From Octopus vulgaris (lineage: Eukaryota): a stretch of 64,000 nt of DNA. Below are positions 1 through 12,933 of the stretch, piece after piece. Under the pieces are notes generated by a model that was not told the origin of the DNA, made no database searches, and was given only the letters and a program-made list of their open reading frames with translations. Numbering within the stretch: position 1 is the first letter of the stretch; each line of letters begins with the position of its first letter. The DNA is taken from the NCBI GenBank assembly GCA_951406725.2, contig OX597817.1:156550001-156614000 (forward strand). Direction: 5' to 3'. The translations under genes and the position numbers were made by a program.

Positions 1-209
1 TAATACCTATGTCTGCCCTTGTTTGGCCACTTGTGGGTAATAAAGAAATAGGTTTCTGCAGATGTGTGTGTGTTTTCCTCCAGCACCAAAAAAATACTGT
101 TGCCAAAATGGGTTGAATGTTCAATCTGCTGTACCAAGTCATCTGCATAGAAACCGCTGTCCCAAGTCATTTCATTCCACTTGTTGCCTACGCCTTACAT
201 AACTGTTGT

Positions 210-597
210 GTGGAGACGCAATGGCCCAGTGGTTAGGGCAGCGGACTCGCGGTCATAGGATCGCGGTTTCGATTCCCGGACTGGGCGTTGTGAGTGTTTA
301 TTGAGCGAAAACACCTAAAAGTTCCACGAGGCTCCGGCAGGGGATGGTGGTGATCCCTGCTGTACTCTTTCACCACAACTTTCTCTCACTCTTACTTCCT
401 GTTTCTGTTGTACCTGTATTTCAAGGGGCCGGCCTTGTCACTCTCTGTGTCACGCTGAATATCCCCGAGAACTACGTTAAGGGTGCACGTGTCTGTGGAG
501 TGCTCAGCCACTTACACGTTAATTTCACGAGCAGGCTGTTCCATTGATTCGGATCAACTGGAACGCTCATCGTCATAACCGACGGAGTGCTTCAACC
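210..597 (+). mobile_element. tRNA-derived SINE, family A
   Basis: A-box tggcccagtgg and B-box ggtttcgattcc; 13-bp target site duplication (TSD) acataactgttgt at 197-209 and 598-610; near-identical copies at 35843 and 59054. Confidence 0.9.
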
Positions 598-1247
598 ACA
601 TAACTGTTGTTGTTGTTCTCTACCTTATTGTAACCTTTATGGCTATAATAAAATCAGTTCTCTACCTTATTGTGCCCTCCTCATGTCACTTATGCTTCCT
701 CCTCCACCTTTTCCTCCTTATATAATAATCCCCCACTCTTGCATCCACACTCCACTCTTTAACCTTGAACTCACTACTCCAATATTGCCATCACACTCTT
801 CTGCAGTTGCTCTCTCCCCTCTCATCCACTCAACACTTCTGTCACCTTCTCCAGTCTTTTCGTGTCTACTCCACTCTTCTTGTCCACTCTACTCCCCTTC
901 TCTCTCTCTCTCTCTGCCTTTCTCGTCTTGCTTTCCCCCCTCCACCCTTGTCTTCATATCCCTCCATTTATTTTTATTACATTGCTACATTTACAGCTCT
1001 CACTTGACTTGGTGTTATATACAACCATTGTCTCACAGACACACACATTCATACCTTCAGTTACACACCCATGCATACACATGCACATGATTTTTTTTAT
1101 TGCTGAACACATATCACCAAAGTACACCCAAAAATTTATTTAATTAATAGAAGTTTTTATTGCAGTTTTTTTAAAATTTTATTTGCTTGCTTTTTTGTTT
1201 TTTTTCCACCCCTTTAATTCATTCGAAACGTTAACCCATGTTTTCAG

Positions 1248-1419
1248 ACTGGCCAAACAGCACTATCAATTGCACAGCGTTTGGGCTATATTTCGGTGGT
1301 TGATACGCTGAAAAATCTGACCGAGGTGACGGAAACACTACCTGCGATTGAAGACAAGTATAAAGTAGTTGCCCCAGAAACCATGACTGAGACAATGTTG
1401 TCAGACTCGGAAGATGAAG
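1248..1419 (+). CDS. ANK: Ankyrin exon A: last ANK repeat and start of linker (TGQTALSIAQRLGYISVVDTLK...ETMTETMLSDSEDE/G)
   Basis: ttttcag acceptor and g|gtatgt donor; 172 nt, phase 0 to 1. The peptide matches the conserved end of the ankyrin membrane-binding domain (AxxLGYISVVDTLK...PETM...SDxE). Confidence 0.95.
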
Positions 1420-1457
1420 GTATGTTAAACACAGCTTGTCTTTCCTATATATTTACA

Positions 1458-2077
1458 CCTATATTAATAAGAGAAAAATTCTGCCTGGCCGGCCGGCCGT
1501 CTCTCCGTCTGTTCGTCTGTTCGTCTGTCTGTCTGTCCGTCCGTCCGTCCGTCTGTCTGTCTGTCTGGGACTCCTGTATCTCAGCCTATATTTGCTCTAC
1601 ATAGACATGTTATACTTTTTTGGAACCAGGATGATCCCACAGTTGAAAATCTGCCCCTCAGCTGGTTCTTGAACATCCAGCATTGGGCTCTGATTTAAAA
1701 GCATTTGGGTTACTATTTCTAACCGGTAAAGCTTGGCTGATTCATGCCATCTTGGTTGGCGTTTGTCAGACGACATCAGAGATCAGGGGTGAGATGAATG
1801 ACATTTACTTCATTTAATTTTATGTCGAGATAAGAACTTTGGGACAAATTGGCCAACAGTTGGAATTCAACTTGGTACTGGAACAATAGAATGATTGCAT
1901 TACAGAATTAATTCTCATCTGTCCTTAACCACTGATCACACACCACCAGGGCATATAGTCATTATAGACATACACTAGTCATGTTATTTGACTCCCTTTA
2001 GTTTAGGGCAGCAGGCTGAATTCGCCCTCTGTAGGAGTTGGTGTAAAAGTCTGCACAGAGTGCAACTTTTAAGCTAG
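1458..2077 (+). mobile_element. Non-autonomous Helitron-like element
   Basis: ctatattaataa start, (GTCC/GTCT)n tract, 3' hairpin aaaagtctgcac...gtgcaactttt, then CTAG/T. Confidence 0.7.
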
Positions 2078-5000
2078 TATATATATATATGTATATATTC
2101 TGTTGGATGTTTATTAAATATGTATGCATAATACATATATGTATATATTTATAATTGTTAGGTTGTTTGTGTTGTTGTTGTGAAAAGGATTGCTAAACAG
2201 TCTTGTGGATAGTAACCTTTATTATTTTTTTTTTTTTTTGTCACCATTATTTGAAAGATGGTAAGCCATCACTGAGCTCCTTTGTGGGAGATTTAGGGCC
2301 AATGCATAACTTCTTGAAGAACAATTATATTGCCAAATTGAGGTTTTCTGTGATTGGTTACTGTGAATGTCTTGTGACTGTTAGCTTGTTTCTGTGAATG
2401 GTTTGTGATTTAGAATGTTCCTAAGAATAGTTTGTGACTATTAAGCTATTCCATTAAGTATTCAGTTAATTATATCATGTTCAAATTAGAATTATCGTAT
2501 TTTTTTATCCTCCTTAGTCTACATGCTATAAATGTTCAGTATTTAAATTAATTCTTCAGTTATTCTCTCAATATTTTCATTTTTTTTTTCTTTCAAGATA
2601 TATAAAAAAAAAGGTACAGACATAGTAAAAATATGAGAATATAAATGGAGATATCAAATTGACCGTTATTTTGTATTTACATATTTTCTTTTTTTTTTTA
2701 ATAATTTTCATGTGTATTTATTGTTGTTGTGTAAACCTTCTACAATGTCAGAAACTTGAAACTAGATTTTTTTTTTAAATAACCCCAAGATAAAGCATTT
2801 TAGTAACCTTCAAATTCCAAACAAATTTCTTCTTAACCAGAGCCCTTGGGTGATCGGTCTAATGTGAATTCAGTTCATCACCCATGGGTTCTTAGTTAAA
2901 CATCACCATGTTGCTCAAGGGCACTGTTTGCTAAAGTGCATTCTGCTGCAGGTATTGATACCAGGCACCTAGTCAGAGGATGGCTCGGTGTGTTGATGCT
3001 CAACTTCCTGCTGCACTTTCCCTTATGTAATGTTACAATGATAGTTAAGGTGTATGGGTGGAAGTAGTTAGTTCTTTTGTGAAAGCTTGGGCCCAATCCC
3101 CTGAGTAACTCCTTTGAAATCTGACCTATTTGCTTGAAGATTCATCTGTGAACCACTCACTTCCATTTGAGCTTTTTACAAAGATTGTAGTAGTTGATAG
3201 TAGCCCCTACAATCAGTCTCCACTTCCCTTTCTATCACCAATCTATTAGTCCTGCAAAGGTCATTTGTACTGCTTTTGATTAGATTAGAAGAAAAATTCT
3301 TCCACATTCAGTAGTTTTCAGTTTTGCCTACTCTATTGACTAAAGGCTGGATGTTTTTTCAATGTCATTCTCCTCTCTCTTGGTCCTGCTATTTTTTGTC
3401 CCACCGCGACAACTACAAATTGTTTGAGAACTTTTTCTAGTCGACTGACAATGTGTTGAATGTGAAACAGAAGCAGGGCTAAGTTTAGCTTTTACTTCAT
3501 TTATATGAACATAGATTTGTTCAAATGACAAATTTATATAAATCAAATGGATAAATGCACATTACTGAGTCATAAAGTAAACCTTGTTTTTAACTTCTCA
3601 TGTGTCCTGTCAGCAACTGTCCATGAAGGCAACTTTATTGAAGATCAGGACACTTTGGCTGTGAGCTGATCAGTGTTACTGACTGATAGCTCTATCGCCT
3701 CTAAACACTCTTCCAGTATGTGCTATATCACTGAGGTCTTCAAGCCCAAGATCCCATATTTGGAGAGAGAAAGTGAAAGTAGCCAATTGAATCAACCTTT
3801 GTACTTGAACTTATTTCATCAACCCTGGCAGGTTGAATGGATAAGTCAGATATGGGTGACTTTGGTGAAGTTTAGATAGTTTAAATGGTCTCCAAGACAC
3901 TTTGCTGAATCATACTTGATTTTGCAGGAGTTCTTGGCTCTAAACTGACTGGTGGAACTAACTGGTAGCTGTATCATTTTCAAACATGTTCTATATCATT
4001 GAAAGCTTGTTGTCTCTGGCCATCCTTTAATAAGTTGGCCTATGAACAAGGGCATTCAGTTGTGACCATTCTGCCTTTTATTACTTCAGCCAGTATATCT
4101 AGGGCCTTTTTTACCTTTTTTTTTTAAGACAGTGGGCTGTAATTTTAAATAGATTTAACTGCTATTTCTAGTATTTTAACTGCCTACAAATAAAGCTTCA
4201 ATCGCATACCTTATGCTATACTGTTTGGAATGACATAGACAGAAACTCAGAAATAAAATATGGCAAGTTAATAATTTGATCAGTAAATATAACAACAACA
4301 AACTGTACATCTGATAACATAAAACTCAACTATTTTAATATTATGTCTATTTACAGGTGTTTTTGTTTACCTTTTTTTTTTACATGTATAAAACTAATGA
4401 GAAAAATGTTTGATTTTAGGTTCAACATTGATGTCTTGTGTTAATGCAGCTAATTCATTTGTCATTTCAAGATTTCTTTTCTTATTTTTTTTTTTTATTA
4501 AATTTTCACATGGTTAAGAGAAGACATCAAAACTATATATATATATTCCTCAGTTTGTGACCATTGTTGGTAAATATCACAAACACATCATGGTTCATGC
4601 AGTGTATACATCCATATACACTCTCCTCTTTTAACATACACCTCTTCCTAAATTTCTTGAACTATTTGGCTAAATGCCTAACTGGTGCTGGATCTAAATT
4701 TCTCTCTGATTGATCTTCTGTATCCCTGAATAACAAATTAGAGTTCACTAAAATACTACAGATTTTACTAATATAAAACTGAGCTACTTCCTTCCATCTC
4801 ATCCTTCTCTTAAAAATTTAAAAAAATAATACAACCATAATTTAACTAATCTCTGTTAAATTCTAGTTATCATTAATTTTCTTAAAATCCAATACCCCTT
4901 TAAATGCCATTCAAACTCACTTAGTTTATTTCCTGAAGGATGTAGGAAATACTTATTACCTCATAAACCTTTTCCATTTGGGAACAAATTAACCCTTAAT

Positions 5001-5126
5001 TTTATCGTATATGTTCCCCGTGCTTATAGATTGCTAAAATAGTTTCAACGTATCTGTAGTGCTTATGTAGAAAGAATAGCTTCTATTATACTTAGGTGTC
5101 TAGTCTAGATTGCATAGAACATGCAC

Positions 5127-5318
5127 TCTCATGGTCACCTCTGGCTAAACTGGAACTGACTCTTGGTCACCTCTGGCTAAACTGGAACTGACTCATGGTC
5201 ACCTCTGGCTAAACTGGAACTGACTCATGGTCACCTCTGGCTAAACTGGAACTGACTCATGGTCACCTCTGGCTAAACTGGAACTGACTCATGGTCACCT
5301 CTGGCTAAACTGGAACTG
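5127..5318. repeat. Minisatellite, 6 x 32 bp (actcatggtcacctctggctaaactggaactg)
   Basis: Direct count; near-perfect units with no spacers. Confidence 0.95.
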
Positions 5319-5537
5319 TATTGCTAATGGTAGCAGGGTGGAGTCTACATCCCTGTTCACTTGTCTTGCTCAGCTGGCAAGGGAAACAATTTCCTTTTAG
5401 TCATGAGACGGTAACCCTCTCAGTTTGCAGCATATCTCTTGTCAGCCCCCTACACACAGCCCTTAACCGACGCTCGTTGCACCCCCTACAGTTTAGTATT
5501 GTACCACCTCAGATGTTTCTCTTTAATGCTGCCTTAG

Positions 5538-5633
5538 GGGACGATCTCATGCCTCAATCACCTGTGTTTGGAAAGCCCTTGTCAGAGCAACATGTCTATT
5601 TGCCTTATTACGAAGGACAAACTCTCCAAATGC
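5538..5633 (+). CDS. ANK: Ankyrin linker exon B, symmetric cassette (GDDLMPQSPVFGKPLSEQHVYLPYYEGQTLQM)
   Basis: ctttaatgctgccttag acceptor and consensus gtaagt donor; 96 nt, phase 1-1; open in frame with exon A. Confidence 0.7.
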
Positions 5634-6424
5634 GTAAGTGCTTGTATACCTGGTCTGCCTCCGCATGGATCTCAACAGCTACCTGCATGAAAATGATCAC
5701 CATTTCACTTATTTTTCCTTCAATCATTTATTTATTATTTATTTATTTATTTATTATTATCATCATCATTTGTTTTTGTTATTTTGGCTTCAACATGCAA
5801 GTTGACCCGTTTTCATATGCATGGCCCCCCCCACCCTTAAACAATTACCGTTTTCCAAAGAAATAGTACATTCTGCAACAGGCTTGTTGTGTCTATTAAC
5901 TGCAGTGCGCAAGTGTGCTTATTGCCTATATAAGAAGTTAATTGCTGCCTCTACAAAAATACAGCCTATCTAACTAGCTTTGGGCAGGCAACAGCCCCTT
6001 TTATAGCTATACACTACTATAAGCTAAACATTTATTTTTTAAGCTAACATAAAATCTTGAACCATTTGCAGCCAGCTCAGTCTCTTAATGTTATAAACTA
6101 ACATAAATATATTTATGACAATAAGTTCAATAACCAAAATTTGGGTGGATAATATACTTTGTATTATTTTTTTTTCCTCATTTTCTGCATTATTTCTTAT
6201 TGGTTTTTTGTAACTGAAATTGTTTCTCGGAGGGGATAACCCAAATAATTCAGCCATTAAACAAAATCTAGGTGAAATGTGGCATTGAATTTGTCTCAGG
6301 GTTGTTGACTTATATTCTTTATATTTTACTTGCTTCATTCGTTGCAATGAAGCCATGCAGGGACATTGCCTTGAAGGGTTTTTGTTAAAAGAATTCCCCC
6401 ACTCCCACCCCTACCAGTGCTAAT

Positions 6425-6700
6425 TTTTTAAAGTATGACACTTATTCTATCAGTCCCTTTTGCCAAACTGCTAAGTTATGGGGATGTATGCAAACCAACA
6501 CTGGTTGTTGAGCAGTGGTTAGGAACAAACACACAATGGGTTTCTTTTAGTTTCCATCTGCCAAAACCACTCTCAAGGCTTTAGTTGACCTGAGGTTATA
6601 AAAGAAGACAATTGCCCAAGGTGCCATGCAATGCAACTGAACCCAGAAGTATGTGACTAGGAAGCAAACTGTTTACCACAGAGCCACATCTGCACCTATA
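6425..6700 (-). mobile_element. Degenerate SINE family C
   Basis: Diverged match to 10490-10800. Confidence 0.7.
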
Positions 6701-6796
6701 TAAATACACACACACACCAGAGTAACCACATAAATGCAAAACAAGAAGGAAAAAATAGTACTCAAATACCAGAGGTAGAGTAATATGCTTTGTTAC

Positions 6797-6936
6797 AAAG
6801 CAGCAGAAATATCACAAAAACTTTTACTCAGAGTTTCATGTTCCCATTCGTCGGACAGTTTCCTTTAGAACAAAACTGTCCAACGAACAGGAAAATGAAA
6901 ATCTGAGTAACAGTTTTTGTGATATTTCTGCTGCTT
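6797..6936. repeat. Imperfect palindrome with ~65-bp arms, possibly a Penelope-like repeat remnant
   Basis: aaagcagcagaaatatcacaaaaac... pairs with ...gtttttgtgatatttctgctgcttt. Confidence 0.85.
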
Positions 6937-6952
6937 TTTTAATAAAGTATGT

Positions 6953-7330
6953 ATCATCATCGTTCATCATCGTTTAGCATCCGCTTTCCATGCTAGCATG
7001 GGTTGGACGGTTCAACTGGGCTCTGGGAAGCCAGAAGGCTGCACCAGGCCCAGTCTGATTTGGCAATGTTTCTACAGCTGGATGCCCTTCCTAACGCCAA
7101 CCACTCCGAGAGTGTAGTGGGTGCTTTTTACGTGCCAGATGAGGCTGGCAAACGGCCACGATCGGATGGTGCTTCTCACGTGCCACCGGCACGGAGGCCA
7201 GGCGAGGCTGGTAATGGCCACGATTGGATGGTGCATTTTACGTGCCACCGGCATGGAGTCCAGGCGAGGCTGGCAACGGCCATGATCAGATGGTGCCTTC
7301 TACGTGCCACCGGCACAGAGGCCAGTCGGT
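6953..7330 (-). mobile_element. Retroposon family D ((GAT)n tail; aggaagggcatccagctgtagaaac core) with internal ~60-bp repeats
   Basis: Related copies at about 12340-12630 (+), 15120-15272, 18285-18447, 29892-30240, 39160-39340 and 54115-54210. Confidence 0.8.
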
Positions 7331-8643
7331 ACAAACAAAATGCCACTAAGCATTTTGGCCAACATGCTAACTATTCCGCTAGCTCACTGCTTTTTCCCAA
7401 ATATAAATAGTAATGTTTTGCAGTGAAAACAATTTAGACAATCTTAAGTTAATGAACCTGAAATATATATATGAAATGTTGCAGATGCCTAAAGTCAAAG
7501 CTACCTTTTGAATCATTATTATACCTTGTAGGTTTCTAGATACTTTATCAATGCCAGTAACAGAGATATTATTTTAATACATTCTGCAGGTCCTATGTAC
7601 TATTCACTTTCGTAGCGTTATGAGAAAGATATGATCTCTAACCTACTTCACTGTTAGCTAAACTCTTTTGCTCCTCTGTTGCCATTCAGAGCATAGAAAT
7701 AGCTTGAAAGGTGTCTGTGTGTGTGTGAAATTATTGGTGTGAGGAATTTATAGGAATTAGAAATCTCAAACTTACCTAATTGTATACAGCTTTTGTGGGG
7801 AAAAAAAAAAATTAATGCTAGAATTTTTAATGGAATAAGCTCACTAGTTTGTTTTTTTTCTTTTTGGGGTTTCCAACACAGTTATCATTTTAGTAAATCT
7901 TTGGAAACTCTGGTCAGCCCTGCATAAGTAAACTTAACCCTTTTGTTATCATATTTCTGTTGAAATATACAGCCTTTGTTTTCAATATACTTTGAAAATA
8001 ATAAAGACTTTGGTCAAATATCTATTGAGCTGGTGTTTAGAAAATAAATTTACATGAAATTTTGAAGGAAGGTTTTAATTGACATTAAACAGAGAGTTTG
8101 TATCTTAGAACCAGGAGCAGTCTTGGGTGGGTCATCATCAAAAGGATTAACAGTACAGGGATAGCTAATCATATAAGGGATTTTGTTAGTAACTAAAAAC
8201 AGTCAGAAGAGTAAGTGGGCTACTGATTGTCTTGATCAGCATATGTAAGGTTACAAATATATATATAACAGGGTTGTCTCCCCAGATCAGTAGACTTATA
8301 GTCAAAGGGCATTCCAACTGTGACCATTCCATCTTCCTTTTTTTAAATCAGTAGAATATGATTTGAAAGAGATCTTGTTGCCATTTTTAGCAGATCATGA
8401 CACAAGTTCCTTCATTCATTTGAGAAGTTCCCTTTAGACTTTCATCAAGATTATGTCACAAGAAAAAGGGATATTTTGGGTTGAGAAGGAAATAGATGCA
8501 TTTGATCACTGTTTCTTTCTTTGTTCATTTCTTTGCTATTGTGGAGCATGTTGTTCTAAAATATAAAGTAAAACATAGCGTCTCCGTTAGAAATATTACA
8601 TTTCTGAATCTCTGAGAGAGATTTATACAGCAACAGCACGATG

Positions 8644-8760
8644 AAGTGATGGTTTGTTGCCAACTTAATGTGGCAGTCCCAGGAAAGGGATTAAAAAAAT
8701 GCAGTAGCATTTTCCCCTTTCCTGGGACTGCCACATTAAGTTGGCAACAAACCATCACTT
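8644..8760. repeat. Perfect inverted repeat with 46-bp arms
   Basis: 8644-8689 is the exact reverse complement of 8715-8760. Confidence 0.95.
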
Positions 8761-8808
8761 TATGGTGTCTCTAGTTGAAAAATGGTTGGGAATTAATTAA
8801 AAGTAGTT

Positions 8809-9021
8809 TACTCTTTTACTTGTTTCAGTCATATGACTGCGGCCATGCTGGAGCACCGCCTTTAATCAAGTAACTCGACCCCGGGACTTATTCTTTTGTA
8901 AGCCCAGTACTTATTCTATCGGTCTCTTTTGCCGAACCGCTAAGTAACGGGGACATAAACACACCAGCATCGGTTGTCAAGCAATGCTAGGGGGACAAAC
9001 ACAGACACACAAACACACACA

Positions 9022-9061
<40 letters not shown>

Positions 9062-9180
9062 CACATATATATACATACGACGGACTTCTTTCAGTTTCCG
9101 TCTACCAAATCCACTCACAAGGCTTTGGTCGGCCCAAGGCTATAGTAGAAGAGACTTGCCCAAGGTGCCATGCAGTGGGG
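8809..9180 (-). mobile_element. SINE family C (internal TA/CA microsatellite, CORE-like accttgggcaag), 5'-truncated
   Basis: Near-identical to 10395-10800 and 56191-56583. Confidence 0.88.
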
Positions 9181-9747
9181 GCCACTTTAATTGAGTAACT
9201 ACAACAATAGAAGCTCTCTTACTGGCTTGTAAAAGTATCAATATTTTACAATGGTTATGCAGTTGTCACTATCCTTATTTCGGCAGTTTATAATATTGGA
9301 ATGTCCACTGTAAGTAATATCAGTGCTGTGGTTATTGTTGTTGGGTACCCCCAGTGTACTTTGACTGAGTGTTAAAATAGAGTAATCAAGTAAACTCTAG
9401 ATGACCCCCAAGATTAAGCATATGTCTTAGGTTATTTTTATTAGGGGGGGGTCTGTTTCAAATTGTGTTATTACAGCCTAGAAACTTCCTTTGAATGGAT
9501 GGAGAAAAAAAATTCATCTGCCTAGCAAGGAAGGGCTAGTATGTGTGTTAGAGTAATCGGAAAAAAAGGGGGGTTTCTGTTGAAATCCTTTCTTTTGATC
9601 TTCAGTCTGTTATGCTGTGACTAAATAGGGAAGCTGACTGAATAATCCATTAACCCTCTCAGACCTGGGCCTCCGTGTATAACTTTACCTTCCACTGGGG
9701 CTCATGAACAAAAAAAGAAATAAATACTTGCATATACAGCTCAAGAG

Positions 9748-10044
9748 GGCAGTCTTACGGTTCTAGTATACTTTACGTCAACTGACCATGTGTATTTGTT
9801 TATATATGATCGTCGATTTCCGTAAAAAACTTTTATTTTTTTACATTTATTTTTTTACATATGAGGTTGGAGGGAAATGGGATCTTTGGGTTAGGGTTAC
9901 GGTTAGGACACTAACCCTAACCCCAAGCCCATATTTAAAAAATAAATGTAAAAAAATAAAAGTTTTTTACGGAAATCGACGATCATATATAAACAAATAC
10001 ACGTGGTCAGTTGACGTAAAGTATACTAGAACCATAAGATTGCC
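9748..10044. mobile_element. Foldback MITE with 9-bp TSD (Mutator-like)
   Basis: TIRs of about 115 bp; TSD gctcaagag at 9739-9747 and 10045-10053. Confidence 0.9.
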
Positions 10045-10394
10045 GCTCAAGAGTAACAATTACAGACAAAACTAATAGACAGAATGACAAAAAAAAAAAA
10101 TTCAGGGAAATAACTGTAATATGCCTCTCTCACAACTACTGTATTTGTTCACCCAAATCACTACTTTCCGCATCACTTTCAGCAAATTTTTGATTGTCTG
10201 AATCACTCTCATTGCCGGCTTAAGTGTAAACTCTTTGTCCAAAGAATAAATATCATAAATAATTCCCTCAACTGCAAAGCGTCTAGGCCTTGCTCGTTTA
10301 CAAGATGAAGTGCTGGGCTCATCACACTTTCATTTCATTGCAGAGTTGGGGTTTTTTTTTGTTTTGTTTTTTTATTTTTATTATTCTCTCTCTC

Positions 10395-10800
10395 TACTCT
10401 TTTACTTGTTTCAGTCATTTGACTGCGGCCATGCTGGAGCACCGCCTTTAGTCGAGCAACTCGACCCCGGGACTTATTCTTTTGTAAGCCCAGTACTTAT
10501 TCTATCGGTCTCTTTTGCCGAACCGCTAAGTGACGGGGACATAAACACACCAGCATCGGTTGTCAAGCAATGCTAGGGGAACAAACACAGACGCACAAAC
10601 ACACACACATACATATATATATATATACATATATACGACAGGCTTCTTTCAGTTTCCGTCTACCAAATCCACTCACAAGGCATTGGTCGGCCCAGGACTA
10701 TAGCAGAAGACACTTGCCCAAGATGCCACGCAGTGGGACTTAACCCGGAACCATGTGGTTGGTTAGCAAGCTACTTACCACACAGCCACTCCTGCACCTA
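10395..10800 (-). mobile_element. SINE family C, full length
   Basis: tRNA-like head on the minus strand; tail gactgaaacaagtaaaagag. Confidence 0.9.
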
Positions 10801-11835
10801 TTATTATTATTATTATTATTATTAAAAACAAAAGTAAACAACATCTATGGGGGACACCATTAACAAGTCATAAACACACTTAACTACAAGGCTGCAATGT
10901 GATCAGTTGTCTGTTTCTTTTAGTATTTTGTCTTCTTTTTCTATGTGTGTTGTTCATGTCTGCTTTAGTAGGAATCCAGCAGAGATGACATTTAAGCTAT
11001 TCCCACTGTAGCAGGAACATGACTTGGCAGGGTTAACCAAATTTGTAAATTCCTTCAAATGTAACTTAAATGTTAAATGAAATAATTAAAGACTTCCAGG
11101 AATTTTGAACTGTAAATGTTAGCTGTTGTAATGAATCTATCAACAAGATACAGTACTTATAACATTTGCTGATAGGTGCTTTAATACAGTTCTAAAAGCC
11201 ACTGCATTGCCATAATGAATGCTACTGAAACATAGTTCATCAGTTTTGGAGAAAAATCTCTCCTACAAACAGCACATTTTTACTGAAAATATGCATAAAT
11301 ATGGTGCAGAAATTTCAGTATGGAGAAAAAGAGTGACCTCCAACTTCCAAATATTTTTCATCGTATGTTATGTCTTAATTTATTCAAAGCTAAAATTTAT
11401 CAAAATCTACATCCACATGTATAACTAAACATAGACACACATAGAGGTATACGTATACGCAAATGAAGACACATACGATAGGAATACAAAATACAAAATG
11501 GCTGACCGTTAGTAAGGAGAGACACACAAATAAGAAAGAAGAAAGCAAAGGACCACTGATGAGGTCACAGAAGTGTGACAAAAGAACTCTGGCCAAAATA
11601 AGATTAAGATTAATGTAAAAAATAAATAATGCTGAAGCAAAGTAACACCAAATATATAGTGCGTGTGTTTTTATTGGCTAAACTGGCAAAATGACCATTC
11701 CGAAATACATCATGTTTTTCTTTCTTCTTTTGGCCAAACTTTGTTTTAACTATGCAAGACTGAAACTGATGGCGGTGACAGTGGAAGTTTATGTCCGTGT
11801 AATGTCAGATGGCATATTTACCCTGTTGATATATA

Positions 11836-12240
11836 CATGGCTACCCGCATGGTTCATGGTCTCAAAAATTTGTCTTATGAAGAAAGGCTGAGGACGCTCA
11901 ACCTTTATTCTCTAGAAAAACGCCGCCGCCGCCGTGGTGATCTCATTCTCGCTCACAACATCATAAGCGGAAAGTGTACCCTCTCGAAAGAGCTGTTCTT
12001 CACTCCTGCTCCAGAGCGTCGGCTACGGGGTCATTCCGAAAAGCTCTACCTGCGACGATTCCATCTCAATCGAAGGAGAGGAGCTTTCTCCGTCTGGGTT
12101 GCAGATCCGTGGAACAAGCTGCCAGACGAGATGGTGAAGATGCCGATGACCGCTCGGTTCAAAGTCTCCCTTGACCTCAAGTGGCCTGAACTCTTTACAT
12201 GAACACCACCCTGTACTTAACTCCATGTCCCCCTACATGA
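11836..12240 (+). mobile_element. CR1-type LINE 3' fragment (ORF2 C-terminus plus 3' UTR)
   Basis: LSYEERLRTLNLYSLEKRR.RGDLI...RGH..KL...FS..V...WNKLP motif series typical of the CR1 ORF2 C-terminus. Confidence 0.9.
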
Positions 12241-12636
12241 CCTAAGATTAGAATTACACTATTATTATTGCATACACATGCGTACACAGAATAGCCACAT
12301 ATCTCCATGGAATAGCCATGTATTTCCTGTATGGCAAGAAACTTGTGCCTGTCCATCTCTCATAATTCAACCTCTCACCATCTGGCATTAAGTCATCTCA
12401 TTCGATCAAGGGTCTTTTCTTTGTCTTGCAAGATACTTAACAATCTCACTAGTGCCAGCACCACAAAGCAAGCACCCTGTACCCTCTGTGAAGTGGTTGG
12501 CATTAGAAAGGGCATCCATCCATAAAAACCATGCCAGAACAGACACTGGGGGTCAATTCAGTCCTCTGGTACATTGAACCCTATCAGCCCATCCAGCCCA
12601 TGGTAGCAAGGAAGCCCTACATTAAATGATAGGGAT

Positions 12637-12679
<43 letters not shown>

Positions 12680-12712
12680 AACACACACACACAAGCACAA
12701 TAGTCTAATATA

Positions 12713-12933
12713 TATTTCTTTACTGCCCTCAAGGGGCTAAACATAGAGGGGACAAACAAGGGCAGACAAAGGGATTAAGTCGATTACAGCGACCCAGTGC
12801 GAAACTGATACTTTATTTATCGACCCCGAGAGGATGAAAGGCAAAGTCGACCTCGGCGGAATTTGAACTCAGAACGTAACGGCAGACGAAATACGGCTAC
12901 GCATTTCGCCCGGCGTGCTAACGTTTCTGCCAG
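12713..12933 (-). mobile_element. tRNA-derived SINE, family B (core gtcgactttgcctttcatcctttcggggtcgat)
   Basis: Multi-copy ~230-bp element with A/B boxes (ctggcagaa, gagttcaaattcc). Confidence 0.85.

Noticed and set aside
210-290. tRNA-like sequence with A and B boxes
   Set aside because: It is a SINE head continuing into a repeat body with a TSD, with no proper acceptor stem.
344-547. Recurrent 67-84 aa ORF (also at 35974 and 59076-59361) resembling a small gene family
   Set aside because: It lies inside SINE A copies; frames differ between copies and no domain is recognisable.
587-1143. Overlapping Leu/Ser/Pro-rich ORFs
   Set aside because: They reflect pyrimidine-rich low-complexity intron sequence.
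5127-5318. 32-bp repeats resembling a CRISPR array in unit length
   Set aside because: Units are directly adjacent with no spacers, there are no cas genes, and the context is a eukaryotic intron. It is a minisatellite.
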